Below, piece by piece: positions 20,976 through 29,392 of a stretch of DNA of 64,000 nt. The position numbers and the translations under genes are program-made. Position 1 is the stretch's first letter. Each line of letters starts with the position of its first letter. The DNA is from Nitrospinaceae bacterium (GTDB taxonomy: Bacteria > Nitrospinota > Nitrospinia > Nitrospinales > Nitrospinaceae): contig OZ245011.1 of NCBI GenBank assembly GCA_965223665.1, positions 1,120,001-1,184,000 on the forward strand, given 5' to 3'. The notes beneath the pieces were generated by a model. That model was not told the DNA's origin. It searched no databases and worked only from the letters and a program-made list of their open reading frames with translations.

Positions 20976-23900
20976 ATGTTTATCCATCTCAATTGTCACA
21001 GTCATTATTCATTCACAACCGGGGCCGATTCCATTGATGCCTTAGTCCAGGCGACAAAAGAAATGGGAAATCCTGCCCTAGCCATTACAGATATCAATGG
21101 TTTGCACGGAGCAGTTCACTTTTACCAGACAGCTAAGAAAATAGGGATTCATCCAATTTTTGGAACTGAAATCGAAAGCTTTCCTGAAACTCCATTCATA
21201 GGAGACCAACGTGCCGTACTATTGGCCAAAGATCTCCAAGGATTTGGAGAGATTTGCCGGGTAATTACAGATCGTCATTTAAATAAAAATTTCTCACTAA
21301 TTGACGCAGTAAAAAATTGCAGTGATCACGTCATCATTCTTTCTCCAGATCAAAATTTACTACAAAACATTTTAAAAAGTCAGGGCCACAAAAATCTTTA
21401 CGCAGAATTAACAACACACAAAGGATATATCGATCCTCAGCTAGTCACTTTTTCCGAGAAAAAAGACCTACCCTACGTAGCCACTAATCGTGTTTTCTTT
21501 ATAAAAAAAAACGATTGGAAAGTGCACCGATTACTCTCCGCAATACGAACTAACTCCACAATAAATACTTTACCCAAAGGAGCTGTCTCCTCCAAAGATG
21601 CGTGGATGAAATCTACCAAGGAAATGAAACACCTATTTCGCTATCTACCCAAAGCAATTTGTAATACGGAACACATCGCCAGGCAGTGTCATGTCGATTT
21701 CAATATCGGCAAGATTTGTCTGCCCAAATTTACTGTTCCGCACGGTACAACACACTCTTCTTATTTGAGAAATTTATCTTATTCAGGAGCAAGAAGGATT
21801 TATTCGAAATGGACATCAGCTATTAAAGATCGTTTGGAAAATGAATTACAGATGATTGACTCTCTTAATCTTGCTTCTTACTTTTTAATCGTATGGGATA
21901 TTGTTCGAGAAGCCAATGCGCGTAACATCCCAACAGTAGGCCGTGGTTCTGCTGCAAATAGTTTGGTATGCCAATGTTTGGGCATTACTCAAGTCGATCC
22001 GATCAAATACAATCTTTACTTCGAGCGATTCCTAAATCCAGAAAGGACTGATTATCCTGATATCGACCTCGACTTTCCGTGGAACCGTCGCGATGAAATG
22101 ATCGACTATGTTTTCGACAAATATGGTCATGATCACGTCGCTTTAATTTCAGCTCACGTGCATTTCAGAAGTAGATCTCTTATAAGAGAAGTCGGCAAAG
22201 CCCTGGGAGCTTCTAGCGAAGATATTGACTCGTTCACTAAAACACTTCCTCATTTTTCAGACATCACCGAGCTGGAAAAAGTATGCAAAACCGTTCCCGA
22301 ATGCAAAAACCTTCCTATTGACGAGGAACCATTTCACTCGATCATTTTAATGAGTCAACGAATCGATGGGTTTCCCAGATACATCTCCATACATTGCGGA
22401 GGCATCGTCATCAGTCCTTTTCCAATCACAGATCGCATTCCATTACAAAAGACTCCTAAAGGTTTTGCCGTCACACAATACGATATGTATCCCGTCGAAG
22501 ATATGGGACTCCTCAAAATAGACCTTTTATCCCAGAAAGGACTTGCAGTTATTGCCGATGTTATTCAGGACGTGCAAAATCGTTATGGGAAAACCATCGA
22601 TTTTCATCAATTCGATCCTATTGAAGACCCTAAAACTAAAACACTAGTGCGTGAGGGGAAAACCATGGGTTGTTTTTATATTGAATCTCCAGGAATGAAA
22701 AATCTTTTGCAACAACTTCGGGTTGAAACTTTTGAGATGCTCACCGCAGCAAGTTCAATCATTCGTCCTGGAGTTTCAGATAGTGGCATGATGCGTGCTT
22801 TTGTCAATCGTCATAACGGGAAAGAAGAAACCACTTACCTTCACCCAAAGCTGGAATCTGTATTAAATGAAACATTTGGAGTGATGATTTATCAGGAAGA
22901 TGTCATCAAAGTAGCTAATGCTATTGCGGGAATGAGCCTCAGCGAAGCGGATAGTCTCAGAAAGTGCATGAGTAAAAAGCGTAACTGGGAAGCCATGGGC
23001 AACTATAAAGAAAAGTTTATAAGTGGCGCTATCAAAAACGGCGTCTCAAAAACGGTTGCTCTCGAAATTTGGCGGCAAATTGAAAGTTTTGCAGGTTATG
23101 CATTCTGCAAAGCACATAGCGCATCGTTTGCCTTAGTGTCTTACCAAACTGCCTGGCTCAAGGTACACTATCCCACAGAGTTCATGGCTGCTGTACTATC
23201 GAATCAAGGAGGATTTTATGATACTTGTGCATACATAGAAGAAGCACGTCGGATGGGCATCACAATTCTACCTCCGGATATAAATCAGAGTCACTATGCA
23301 TTCACAGCTTGTATTAATAAAAAAGGCCGGGCCAGCGGGATTCGTGTTGGGCTGATGCAGGTAAAAGGCTTAAGTCATTGTTCCATTGACTCAGTTCTAG
23401 AACAACGGGAGATAGCATACTTCCTTTCTTTTAAAGATTTTTGGTCTCGCGTAATCATTAGTCAAAGCGAAGTGGAAGAATTAATCTATTGTGGAGCATT
23501 TGATTCTTTAGAGAATTCGCGCCCTAATATGTTTTGGCAATTGATACTTTTGAATCGCACAAATACAATATCAGAAAAAAATGCTCCTTCTGAATATTTA
23601 CCGGGTTTCAATCCACGACAACCTCAAATTCCTCAAGATAAAATTCCATGCTTACCAAACTATAGTCGACAGGACAAACTCTGGGCAGAGCTAGAAAGCC
23701 TGGATCTTACTGTCTCTTCACACATGTTGGAACTTTATGGAGTACAACGTTCAAACCGAAATAAAAAAATCAATAGCACGCTTGAATTCAACAATAATAT
23801 ATTCAAAAATAAGACATGGCATCGATCCATTTTTCCCATCACTCCTGGCCAAAACATTTCCAAAAACTCAGGAAAATTAATCACATTGATGGGATGGCTG

Positions 23901-24116
23901 ATCACTGCAAAACGTACTTGGACGCGGAAACATGAATTGATGAAATTTATGACATTGGAAGACCCAACTGCAAGCTTTGAAGTGGTGTTATTCCCTAAGG
24001 TATATAAACAGTTTGGCCATCTTCTTTATAACCGAGGCCCTTATATTGTCAGAGGAAAAGTCGAACAAAACAGTGATTGCTATACCCTAACAGCTCTCTG
24101 GGTAGGAAGGTTTTAA
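20976..24116 (+). CDS. dnaE2: DNA polymerase III alpha subunit, error-prone DnaE2-type
   Basis: PHP (HLNCHSHYS, AITDING), GRGSAANSLV, PDIDLDF, LKIDLL, FCKAHSASFA; ends after the OB fold at 1046 aa without the C-terminal extension of replicative DnaE1. Confidence 0.88.
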   Translation: MFIHLNCHSHYSFTTGADSIDALVQATKEMGNPALAITDINGLHGAVHFYQTAKKIGIHPIFGTEIESFPETPFIGDQRAVLLAKDLQGFGEICRVITDRHLNKNFSLIDAVKNCSDHVIILSPDQNLLQNILKSQGHKNLYAELTTHKGYIDPQLVTFSEKKDLPYVATNRVFFIKKNDWKVHRLLSAIRTNSTINTLPKGAVSSKDAWMKSTKEMKHLFRYLPKAICNTEHIARQCHVDFNIGKICLPKFTVPHGTTHSSYLRNLSYSGARRIYSKWTSAIKDRLENELQMIDSLNLASYFLIVWDIVREANARNIPTVGRGSAANSLVCQCLGITQVDPIKYNLYFERFLNPERTDYPDIDLDFPWNRRDEMIDYVFDKYGHDHVALISAHVHFRSRSLIREVGKALGASSEDIDSFTKTLPHFSDITELEKVCKTVPECKNLPIDEEPFHSIILMSQRIDGFPRYISIHCGGIVISPFPITDRIPLQKTPKGFAVTQYDMYPVEDMGLLKIDLLSQKGLAVIADVIQDVQNRYGKTIDFHQFDPIEDPKTKTLVREGKTMGCFYIESPGMKNLLQQLRVETFEMLTAASSIIRPGVSDSGMMRAFVNRHNGKEETTYLHPKLESVLNETFGVMIYQEDVIKVANAIAGMSLSEADSLRKCMSKKRNWEAMGNYKEKFISGAIKNGVSKTVALEIWRQIESFAGYAFCKAHSASFALVSYQTAWLKVHYPTEFMAAVLSNQGGFYDTCAYIEEARRMGITILPPDINQSHYAFTACINKKGRASGIRVGLMQVKGLSHCSIDSVLEQREIAYFLSFKDFWSRVIISQSEVEELIYCGAFDSLENSRPNMFWQLILLNRTNTISEKNAPSEYLPGFNPRQPQIPQDKIPCLPNYSRQDKLWAELESLDLTVSSHMLELYGVQRSNRNKKINSTLEFNNNIFKNKTWHRSIFPITPGQNISKNSGKLITLMGWLITAKRTWTRKHELMKFMTLEDPTASFEVVLFPKVYKQFGHLLYNRGPYIVRGKVEQNSDCYTLTALWVGRF

Positions 24117-24124
24117 AATGCAAA

Positions 24125-24442
24125 TTATTCCTCAAACAGTTCTCTGCGCTCGATAATTTCATTAATTGGAATAAATTCTGGTTTATCATTTATTTCCGCA
24201 TCATAACGAAATCGAAAAAGCCAGCCGAACCCATTCCATCCCCAACCTCTTTGCTCCATGCAATCACTAAAAGTAGTTTGGCCATGGCCACCGGCAACAG
24301 TAGAGCACACATTCCTATCAATCAACAACTTTTGAGGATATTGCTGGGAATCATCTCTTTCAAAATGGTCGTTTGCTGAACAAGAGATATCAAAAAAAAC
24401 AATTGGAAAAATTAATATAATTATCACAATCCTGTCAAACAC
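24125..24442 (-). CDS. Hypothetical small exported/lipoprotein-like protein
   Basis: Hydrophobic N-terminus followed by Cys (FFDISC); C...FSDCMEQRGW motif; weak start. Confidence 0.4.
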   Translation of the reverse strand: MFDRIVIIILIFPIVFFDISCSANDHFERDDSQQYPQKLLIDRNVCSTVAGGHGQTTFSDCMEQRGWGWNGFGWLFRFRYDAEINDKPEFIPINEIIERRELFEE

Positions 24443-24606
24443 TGAAAAACCTGCTAGCCACTAAAATAATTAGGCTAACACCATCTAATTTAATTTAAAA
24501 TAAATAATTATACTTATAAAACTAAGTGGTCATTTATCAATACAGTTTTTATGCGGAAAAATTTATACACATGAAGAAAGGTAAGAATAAGACGAGGAGA
24601 AATCTT

Positions 24607-25089
24607 TCAACTTTTTTTCAAGTCATCATTAAGAAGTTTTTTGGCACAGGCACGTACCCAATCAGTGGGATCACCAACTGCAATTTCCTCAAGCTTTTGA
24701 TAAGCTCTGGGGTCATGAATTCGCGCAAGTGCACGAACTACAAACCTTCTAACATGAGGAGAAACATGTTGTGAGGAATCCAAAATACTGACCAAACAAT
24801 CCTCCGTCCCCAATCTTCCCAAAGCATCAATTGCAACGGCAGTTTCACTTTCATCAAATTCATTTAAGTTATGTCTAATAGCAGGAACAGCTAAAGTATT
24901 ACCCCAATGACCCAATAAATGCAGAGCCCTTTTAAGTTTATTTTTATCTTTACATTTGGGGGTTTCAGAAACAATCCTTTGTAATTCATTAAAATCTTGC
25001 GGTCGTTTTTTATCCAAAATACGTTCTAAACTATGTGAGCACCCTGAGTTCAAACTTATATTAAATTCATCAGAAACATCGATGGACAT
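24607..25089 (-). CDS. HEAT/PBS-lyase repeat protein
   Basis: KRALHLLGHWG...AVPAI; AVAIDALGRLG; VRRFVVRALARI; DPTDWVRACA; AGAGGA SD. Confidence 0.85.
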   Translation of the reverse strand: MSIDVSDEFNISLNSGCSHSLERILDKKRPQDFNELQRIVSETPKCKDKNKLKRALHLLGHWGNTLAVPAIRHNLNEFDESETAVAIDALGRLGTEDCLVSILDSSQHVSPHVRRFVVRALARIHDPRAYQKLEEIAVGDPTDWVRACAKKLLNDDLKKS

Positions 25090-25124
25090 ATTTTCCTCTT
25101 TAGAATTTTAAAACTCTCAGAAAA

Positions 25125-25781
25125 TTAGCAACTTTCTATTCCGGGATCTCCTAAGATTCGGTTACATTGAAACTCGGTTAAATCCGGGGGTGGATTGGCA
25201 CCGGGATTAGGAAACATCAAATTATTCGGATCACTCACATGGGCATTAAAACCAACGACATGTACTAGTTCATGTGCAAAAATCCAGGGACCCGCACTAT
25301 CATCGACCCAAAATCCTCTACGCCCTGCTGGAAAAGACGAACAACCCTGAAATACAGGTCCATCTTGAATATAGTAACCAACAATATCGGCACCCTGGTT
25401 TCTACCCAAACTAAAAAGTTCATCTTCTTCATCTGTTGGGAAATTTTGAACCCCAAGGGGACAACTATTTTGATCAAGAAATAAAAGGTTTGGCCGGTCT
25501 TCCTGGATACTACCGGTAACATAAACCCAGACGTCACATTCTTGTTGCAGAACAAGGTTTGCATTATCAAGATTTAATTGTAATTTGGGGTTGGCACCAA
25601 CAATAGTAACCAAAGCAATGCGAACAAAAGGTTTGCCTTGTATTAATTGAAGGCGTTGTTTAAGTGAACGGGATTGAGGATTATCATTTCCATAAACTGT
25701 AAGAATATCTTTTCTAATGGAAATTGAGATATTTTTCCCCAAACAATTTTTAGAAATAGATTTCACGCTATAGGTAGCCAT
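25125..25781 (-). CDS. Metzincin-type zinc metallopeptidase, no signal peptide
   Basis: FAHELVHVVGFNAH zinc motif and NLMFP Met-turn; GAGG SD; 9 nt downstream of the previous gene. Confidence 0.8.
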   Translation of the reverse strand: MATYSVKSISKNCLGKNISISIRKDILTVYGNDNPQSRSLKQRLQLIQGKPFVRIALVTIVGANPKLQLNLDNANLVLQQECDVWVYVTGSIQEDRPNLLFLDQNSCPLGVQNFPTDEEDELFSLGRNQGADIVGYYIQDGPVFQGCSSFPAGRRGFWVDDSAGPWIFAHELVHVVGFNAHVSDPNNLMFPNPGANPPPDLTEFQCNRILGDPGIESC

Positions 25782-25790
25782 ACTTTCCTC

Positions 25791-26654
25791 TTATTGAAGG
25801 GAAACTAAAACTTGGACTAAATCTCTACCTTTTCCCAAACTGTTAAGAGCTTTACCAATAACAGATCCAAAAGCTCTTACGGAGTCAGTGGCTTTCATCG
25901 CATAACCTGGATTAGCTGAGGTAGTAAGAAGGTCTCCACGCTCAATGGCTCCAAAATCCGCATCCACTTTACAATAGACTCGACCCATCAATGCAATGGG
26001 CCATTGATTTTTCTTTGATGCATTTCTACCAAGAATTATTCCAGGCTTCAGGCTTCCCCCTCCAGCAATTATTCCAGCTACACATTTATCATATTCCTTC
26101 TCACTCTTGCTTAAAGTTCCTTTGTCGTTTATCACCATCACAGTCCCTGGTTCAACTGTTGGATCATCCTCAATAGTAAAATCTTCAGCACAATCGGCAT
26201 TTTGCAATATTATATCTCCGGAATCCCCATTTAAATGAATCGTAGCATGAGACAAAGTAGTATTATCACCACTACTAGAAAATAAAATCAAATCACCATC
26301 TTTTCCATTTCCGCCTAACCAAACATTCCCACCCTCGGAATCCAGTCGGATTCGATTTTGGCCCGCATCAGCTTTAAGAAGAATTTTACCATTCGTACCC
26401 GCACCTCCAGCCGTCATGCTACCATCAGCTCCTCTTAAGCGCATACTGGATTGAGATAGTGTTCCATTGTCTCCACTATCGGGGAAAATAACTAAGTCTC
26501 CGGATTCACCATTTCCCCCTAACCAAACTTTACTGCTCCCAGCATCAAGGTTTATTCTATTCTGACCATTGGTGCTTTTTAAAATCAAATCACCGTCAGA
26601 CCCATCTCCCCCCGAAACAATATTTCCGCTTCCACTATCCAATGACAATGCCAT
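25791..26654 (-). CDS. Gly-rich fibre-like protein with C-terminal intramolecular-chaperone (peptidase G2-like) domain
   Basis: Two 68-aa Gly-rich repeats, then NADCAEDF...EPGTVMVI...PIALMGRVYCKVDA...IERGDLLTTS...GSVIGKAL, the pattern found at the C-terminus of phage-appendage-like trimeric proteins. Confidence 0.65.
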   Translation of the reverse strand: MALSLDSGSGNIVSGGDGSDGDLILKSTNGQNRINLDAGSSKVWLGGNGESGDLVIFPDSGDNGTLSQSSMRLRGADGSMTAGGAGTNGKILLKADAGQNRIRLDSEGGNVWLGGNGKDGDLILFSSSGDNTTLSHATIHLNGDSGDIILQNADCAEDFTIEDDPTVEPGTVMVINDKGTLSKSEKEYDKCVAGIIAGGGSLKPGIILGRNASKKNQWPIALMGRVYCKVDADFGAIERGDLLTTSANPGYAMKATDSVRAFGSVIGKALNSLGKGRDLVQVLVSLQ

Positions 26655-27370
26655 AAATTCTCCCCCACAAAATATTTGTTTTTCTACAAGTTACGCCTGC
26701 CAGCAATAAATTCAAAAATGGGATTATAACAACTCTTTTGAGACTCGAAAAACAAATTAATCTTCAACTTTTTCGTGACATCCTCAATGGTTTCAATTTA
26801 TCCTTAAAGCTTTCTCTCTATCATTGTTTTCAAACAAGTAATTAATTTTATATTCATGATTCCATTAAAACATTATCTGTTTTGCGATATAGCCTAAATT
26901 CATAAAAAGTCATTTTTTCTCAACCAACTCATTTCTTTTACAAGTTGATCCCTCCTGAATTCAATTTGAAATCCAAATGAGATTATGGAATCCAAATCAT
27001 TAAGCCCCCTAAGATATTAAAACTATATCTGGCAACCTTACTACAACCCTATGAAAAATTGCTTGTTGGAAGCAAGTTTTATCTGTTAAAGGATATACCC
27101 AAACACACATTTCAACTTAATAATTTTATTGGGAAACTTGTAAAAATTAAAACATTTGCATTAGACTATATAAATAGGATTAGGAAGGATTAATCAGCTT
27201 AAACCCTTATATTTTAGCCCTTAAAAAACATAATTTATAAAATCGTCCCTGCTCTTTATTAATTTGGGAATCTTTCTCACATTAGTACCAAAATAAATGC
27301 TTAATATTGTTTTTACTTTAAAGTATATATAATAAACACTAAATCACTATTTAGAATACTTTATTCTTCA

Positions 27371-29287
27371 ATGGCCCTAAAAGGAAAAAATTCAATTAAA
27401 GATAGAATCCATCGTGCGATAATTTTTTCCAGTGGAATTTTAGTTTTAATCGCTTGCATCGGTTTTTCTAGTTACGAGTTCTTGGTATTTCGTTCAACGG
27501 CAACCAAACAAATTTTAAGCATTGCCAAATTAATCAGCATAAATAGTGCGAGCCCACTAGAATTTCAGGATAATAAAGGTGCGAAAGAACTACTCTACAC
27601 TTTAAGAGCAGAACCTAATATTCAATCCGCTGTGATTTACAACAAAAACAATCAAGTTTTTGCTAATTTTTCTTCTCCATCCAACAAACTTTCTTTTCCC
27701 CAAGAACCCTGGAATGATGGGGAATATTTCAAAGAAGGTCAATTATGGGTTTTTTACCCAATTAAATTTGAAGAGGCAAGATTAGGAACATTATTGATTT
27801 CTTCAGATTTAAGTCAAATGTACGAACGGTTATTAATTTATGGGGGAATCGTTTTAACCATTATTTTACTTTCACTTTTTATTGCTTTCCAATATTCATC
27901 TAAATTGCAAGATTCTGTTGCCCAACCCGTAATGGAGTTAGCTTCCACCATGCAGTCCGTTTCCAAGAAAAAAAGCTATTCCCTAAGGGCAGATAAAAAA
28001 CAGGACGATGAAATAGGGTTTTTAGTAGATCAATTTAATGACATGATCACCAAAATTCAATCCGCTGATATGGAATTAAAAAATTCTCATAATCTTTTAG
28101 AAAAAAGAGTAAAGGAAAGAACTTCAGATTTAGAAAAGGCTCAATTAGAGGCAGAATCAGCAAACCATGCTAAAAGTTTATTTTTGGCCAGCATGAGTCA
28201 TGAAATTAGAACTCCATTAAATGCAATTTTAGGTTTTTCCCAATTGCTCCAGTTAGCAACCAATATTAATCAAAAGCAAAGGGATCACGTTGAAAACATA
28301 TTAATGAGTGGTCGCCATTTACTAAGCCTGATTAATGATATTTTAGATATATCTAAGATTGAAGCGGGTTGCATGGAAGTGAACAATAAAGAATTTTCAT
28401 TGGATGAACTTATAAGCGGAATTTCAAAAATATTTAGACTTAGGTGTCAAGATAAGGGTCTCCAATGGATTTGCAATTCACCTCAAAACCTTCAAAAGGA
28501 TGTAGTTGGAGATGAGGGTAAAATCCGTCAAATTCTTATTAACTTAATTGGCAATGCCATTAAGTTTACTGAGTCTGGTTCGGTGCTTTTAGAAGTTACT
28601 CAAGATTCAGATTTTTATTTGTTTAAAGTAAGAGATACTGGTCCTGGAATTCCTAAGGATAGCTTAACAGAAATTTTTAAACCATTTAAACAAAACCAAC
28701 TTGGATTAGATAAGGGAGGAACTGGTTTAGGTCTTGCTATTTCATTTAAACAAGTCGAACTTTTGGGTGGGAATCTTAGGGTGGAATCTACGGAAGGAAA
28801 AGGAACCTGTTTTTCATTTAAAATTCAACTTTCTGAAGTTAAATCTCCAGACACAGATGAAAAAATTTCAGAACCCAAGATTAAACCTTTAGAAAATAGT
28901 CATCACCTTAAAGCTCTCGTTGTTGACGACGTAAAAGAAAATCGCGAGGCTCTTTGCCAAATGATTCGTTGGATGGGGGTTTCAGTAAAAGAAGCTCAAC
29001 ATGGAAAAGAAGCTTTAGAAATGATATCGGAAGATCCACCTGATGTAATATTTATGGACAATCAAATGCCAGTAATGAACGGCAGTGAAGCGATAGCAGA
29101 GATTAATAAAATTTATGGAAGTAACCGATTTAAAATTGTTATTGTCTCGGCTTCTGTATTAAATAATGAGAGAGAAAAGTTTTTTAGCCTGGGTTGTTCT
29201 GATTTCATAGGCAAACCCATTTTGATGGAAAAAGTTTATGAATACTTCAAAAGTTTGGAAGCGGAAAAAATTCCTTCAGAAAAATAA
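27371..29287 (+). CDS. Membrane hybrid sensor histidine kinase (CHASE8-like periplasmic domain, HAMP, HisKA, HATPase, REC)
   Basis: Two TM segments; FLASMSHEIRTPLN H-box; NLIGNAIKFT; DTGPGI; GTGLGL; VVDD...FMDNQMP...KP receiver. Confidence 0.93.
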   Translation: MALKGKNSIKDRIHRAIIFSSGILVLIACIGFSSYEFLVFRSTATKQILSIAKLISINSASPLEFQDNKGAKELLYTLRAEPNIQSAVIYNKNNQVFANFSSPSNKLSFPQEPWNDGEYFKEGQLWVFYPIKFEEARLGTLLISSDLSQMYERLLIYGGIVLTIILLSLFIAFQYSSKLQDSVAQPVMELASTMQSVSKKKSYSLRADKKQDDEIGFLVDQFNDMITKIQSADMELKNSHNLLEKRVKERTSDLEKAQLEAESANHAKSLFLASMSHEIRTPLNAILGFSQLLQLATNINQKQRDHVENILMSGRHLLSLINDILDISKIEAGCMEVNNKEFSLDELISGISKIFRLRCQDKGLQWICNSPQNLQKDVVGDEGKIRQILINLIGNAIKFTESGSVLLEVTQDSDFYLFKVRDTGPGIPKDSLTEIFKPFKQNQLGLDKGGTGLGLAISFKQVELLGGNLRVESTEGKGTCFSFKIQLSEVKSPDTDEKISEPKIKPLENSHHLKALVVDDVKENREALCQMIRWMGVSVKEAQHGKEALEMISEDPPDVIFMDNQMPVMNGSEAIAEINKIYGSNRFKIVIVSASVLNNEREKFFSLGCSDFIGKPILMEKVYEYFKSLEAEKIPSEK

Positions 29288-29315
29288 TTTCTTTTATTAA
29301 TTCCAGGAACCCCCC

Positions 29316-29361
29316 AAAAAAAAACGGGCTTTTAAATGAATTTTTCATTTTTAAAGCCCGT
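29316..29361. terminator. Long hairpin between convergent genes; U-tract on the minus strand
   Basis: A-run then ACGGGCTTT...AAATGAA-ttt-TTCATTT...AAAGCCCGT. Confidence 0.75.
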
Positions 29362-29392
29362 CTAAAAAACCAGTTAAATTATGACCAACATT

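Noticed and set aside
20846-21037. 63-aa ORF upstream of dnaE2 as a possible imuA-like gene
   Set aside because: Starts inside the icd terminator, overlaps the promoter and dnaE2, and has no recognisable motif.
26660-27370. Long intergenic region as a possible hidden gene or RNA
   Set aside because: The frames I checked gave only very short ORFs, and only weak AT-rich hairpins were seen; likely a divergent promoter region.
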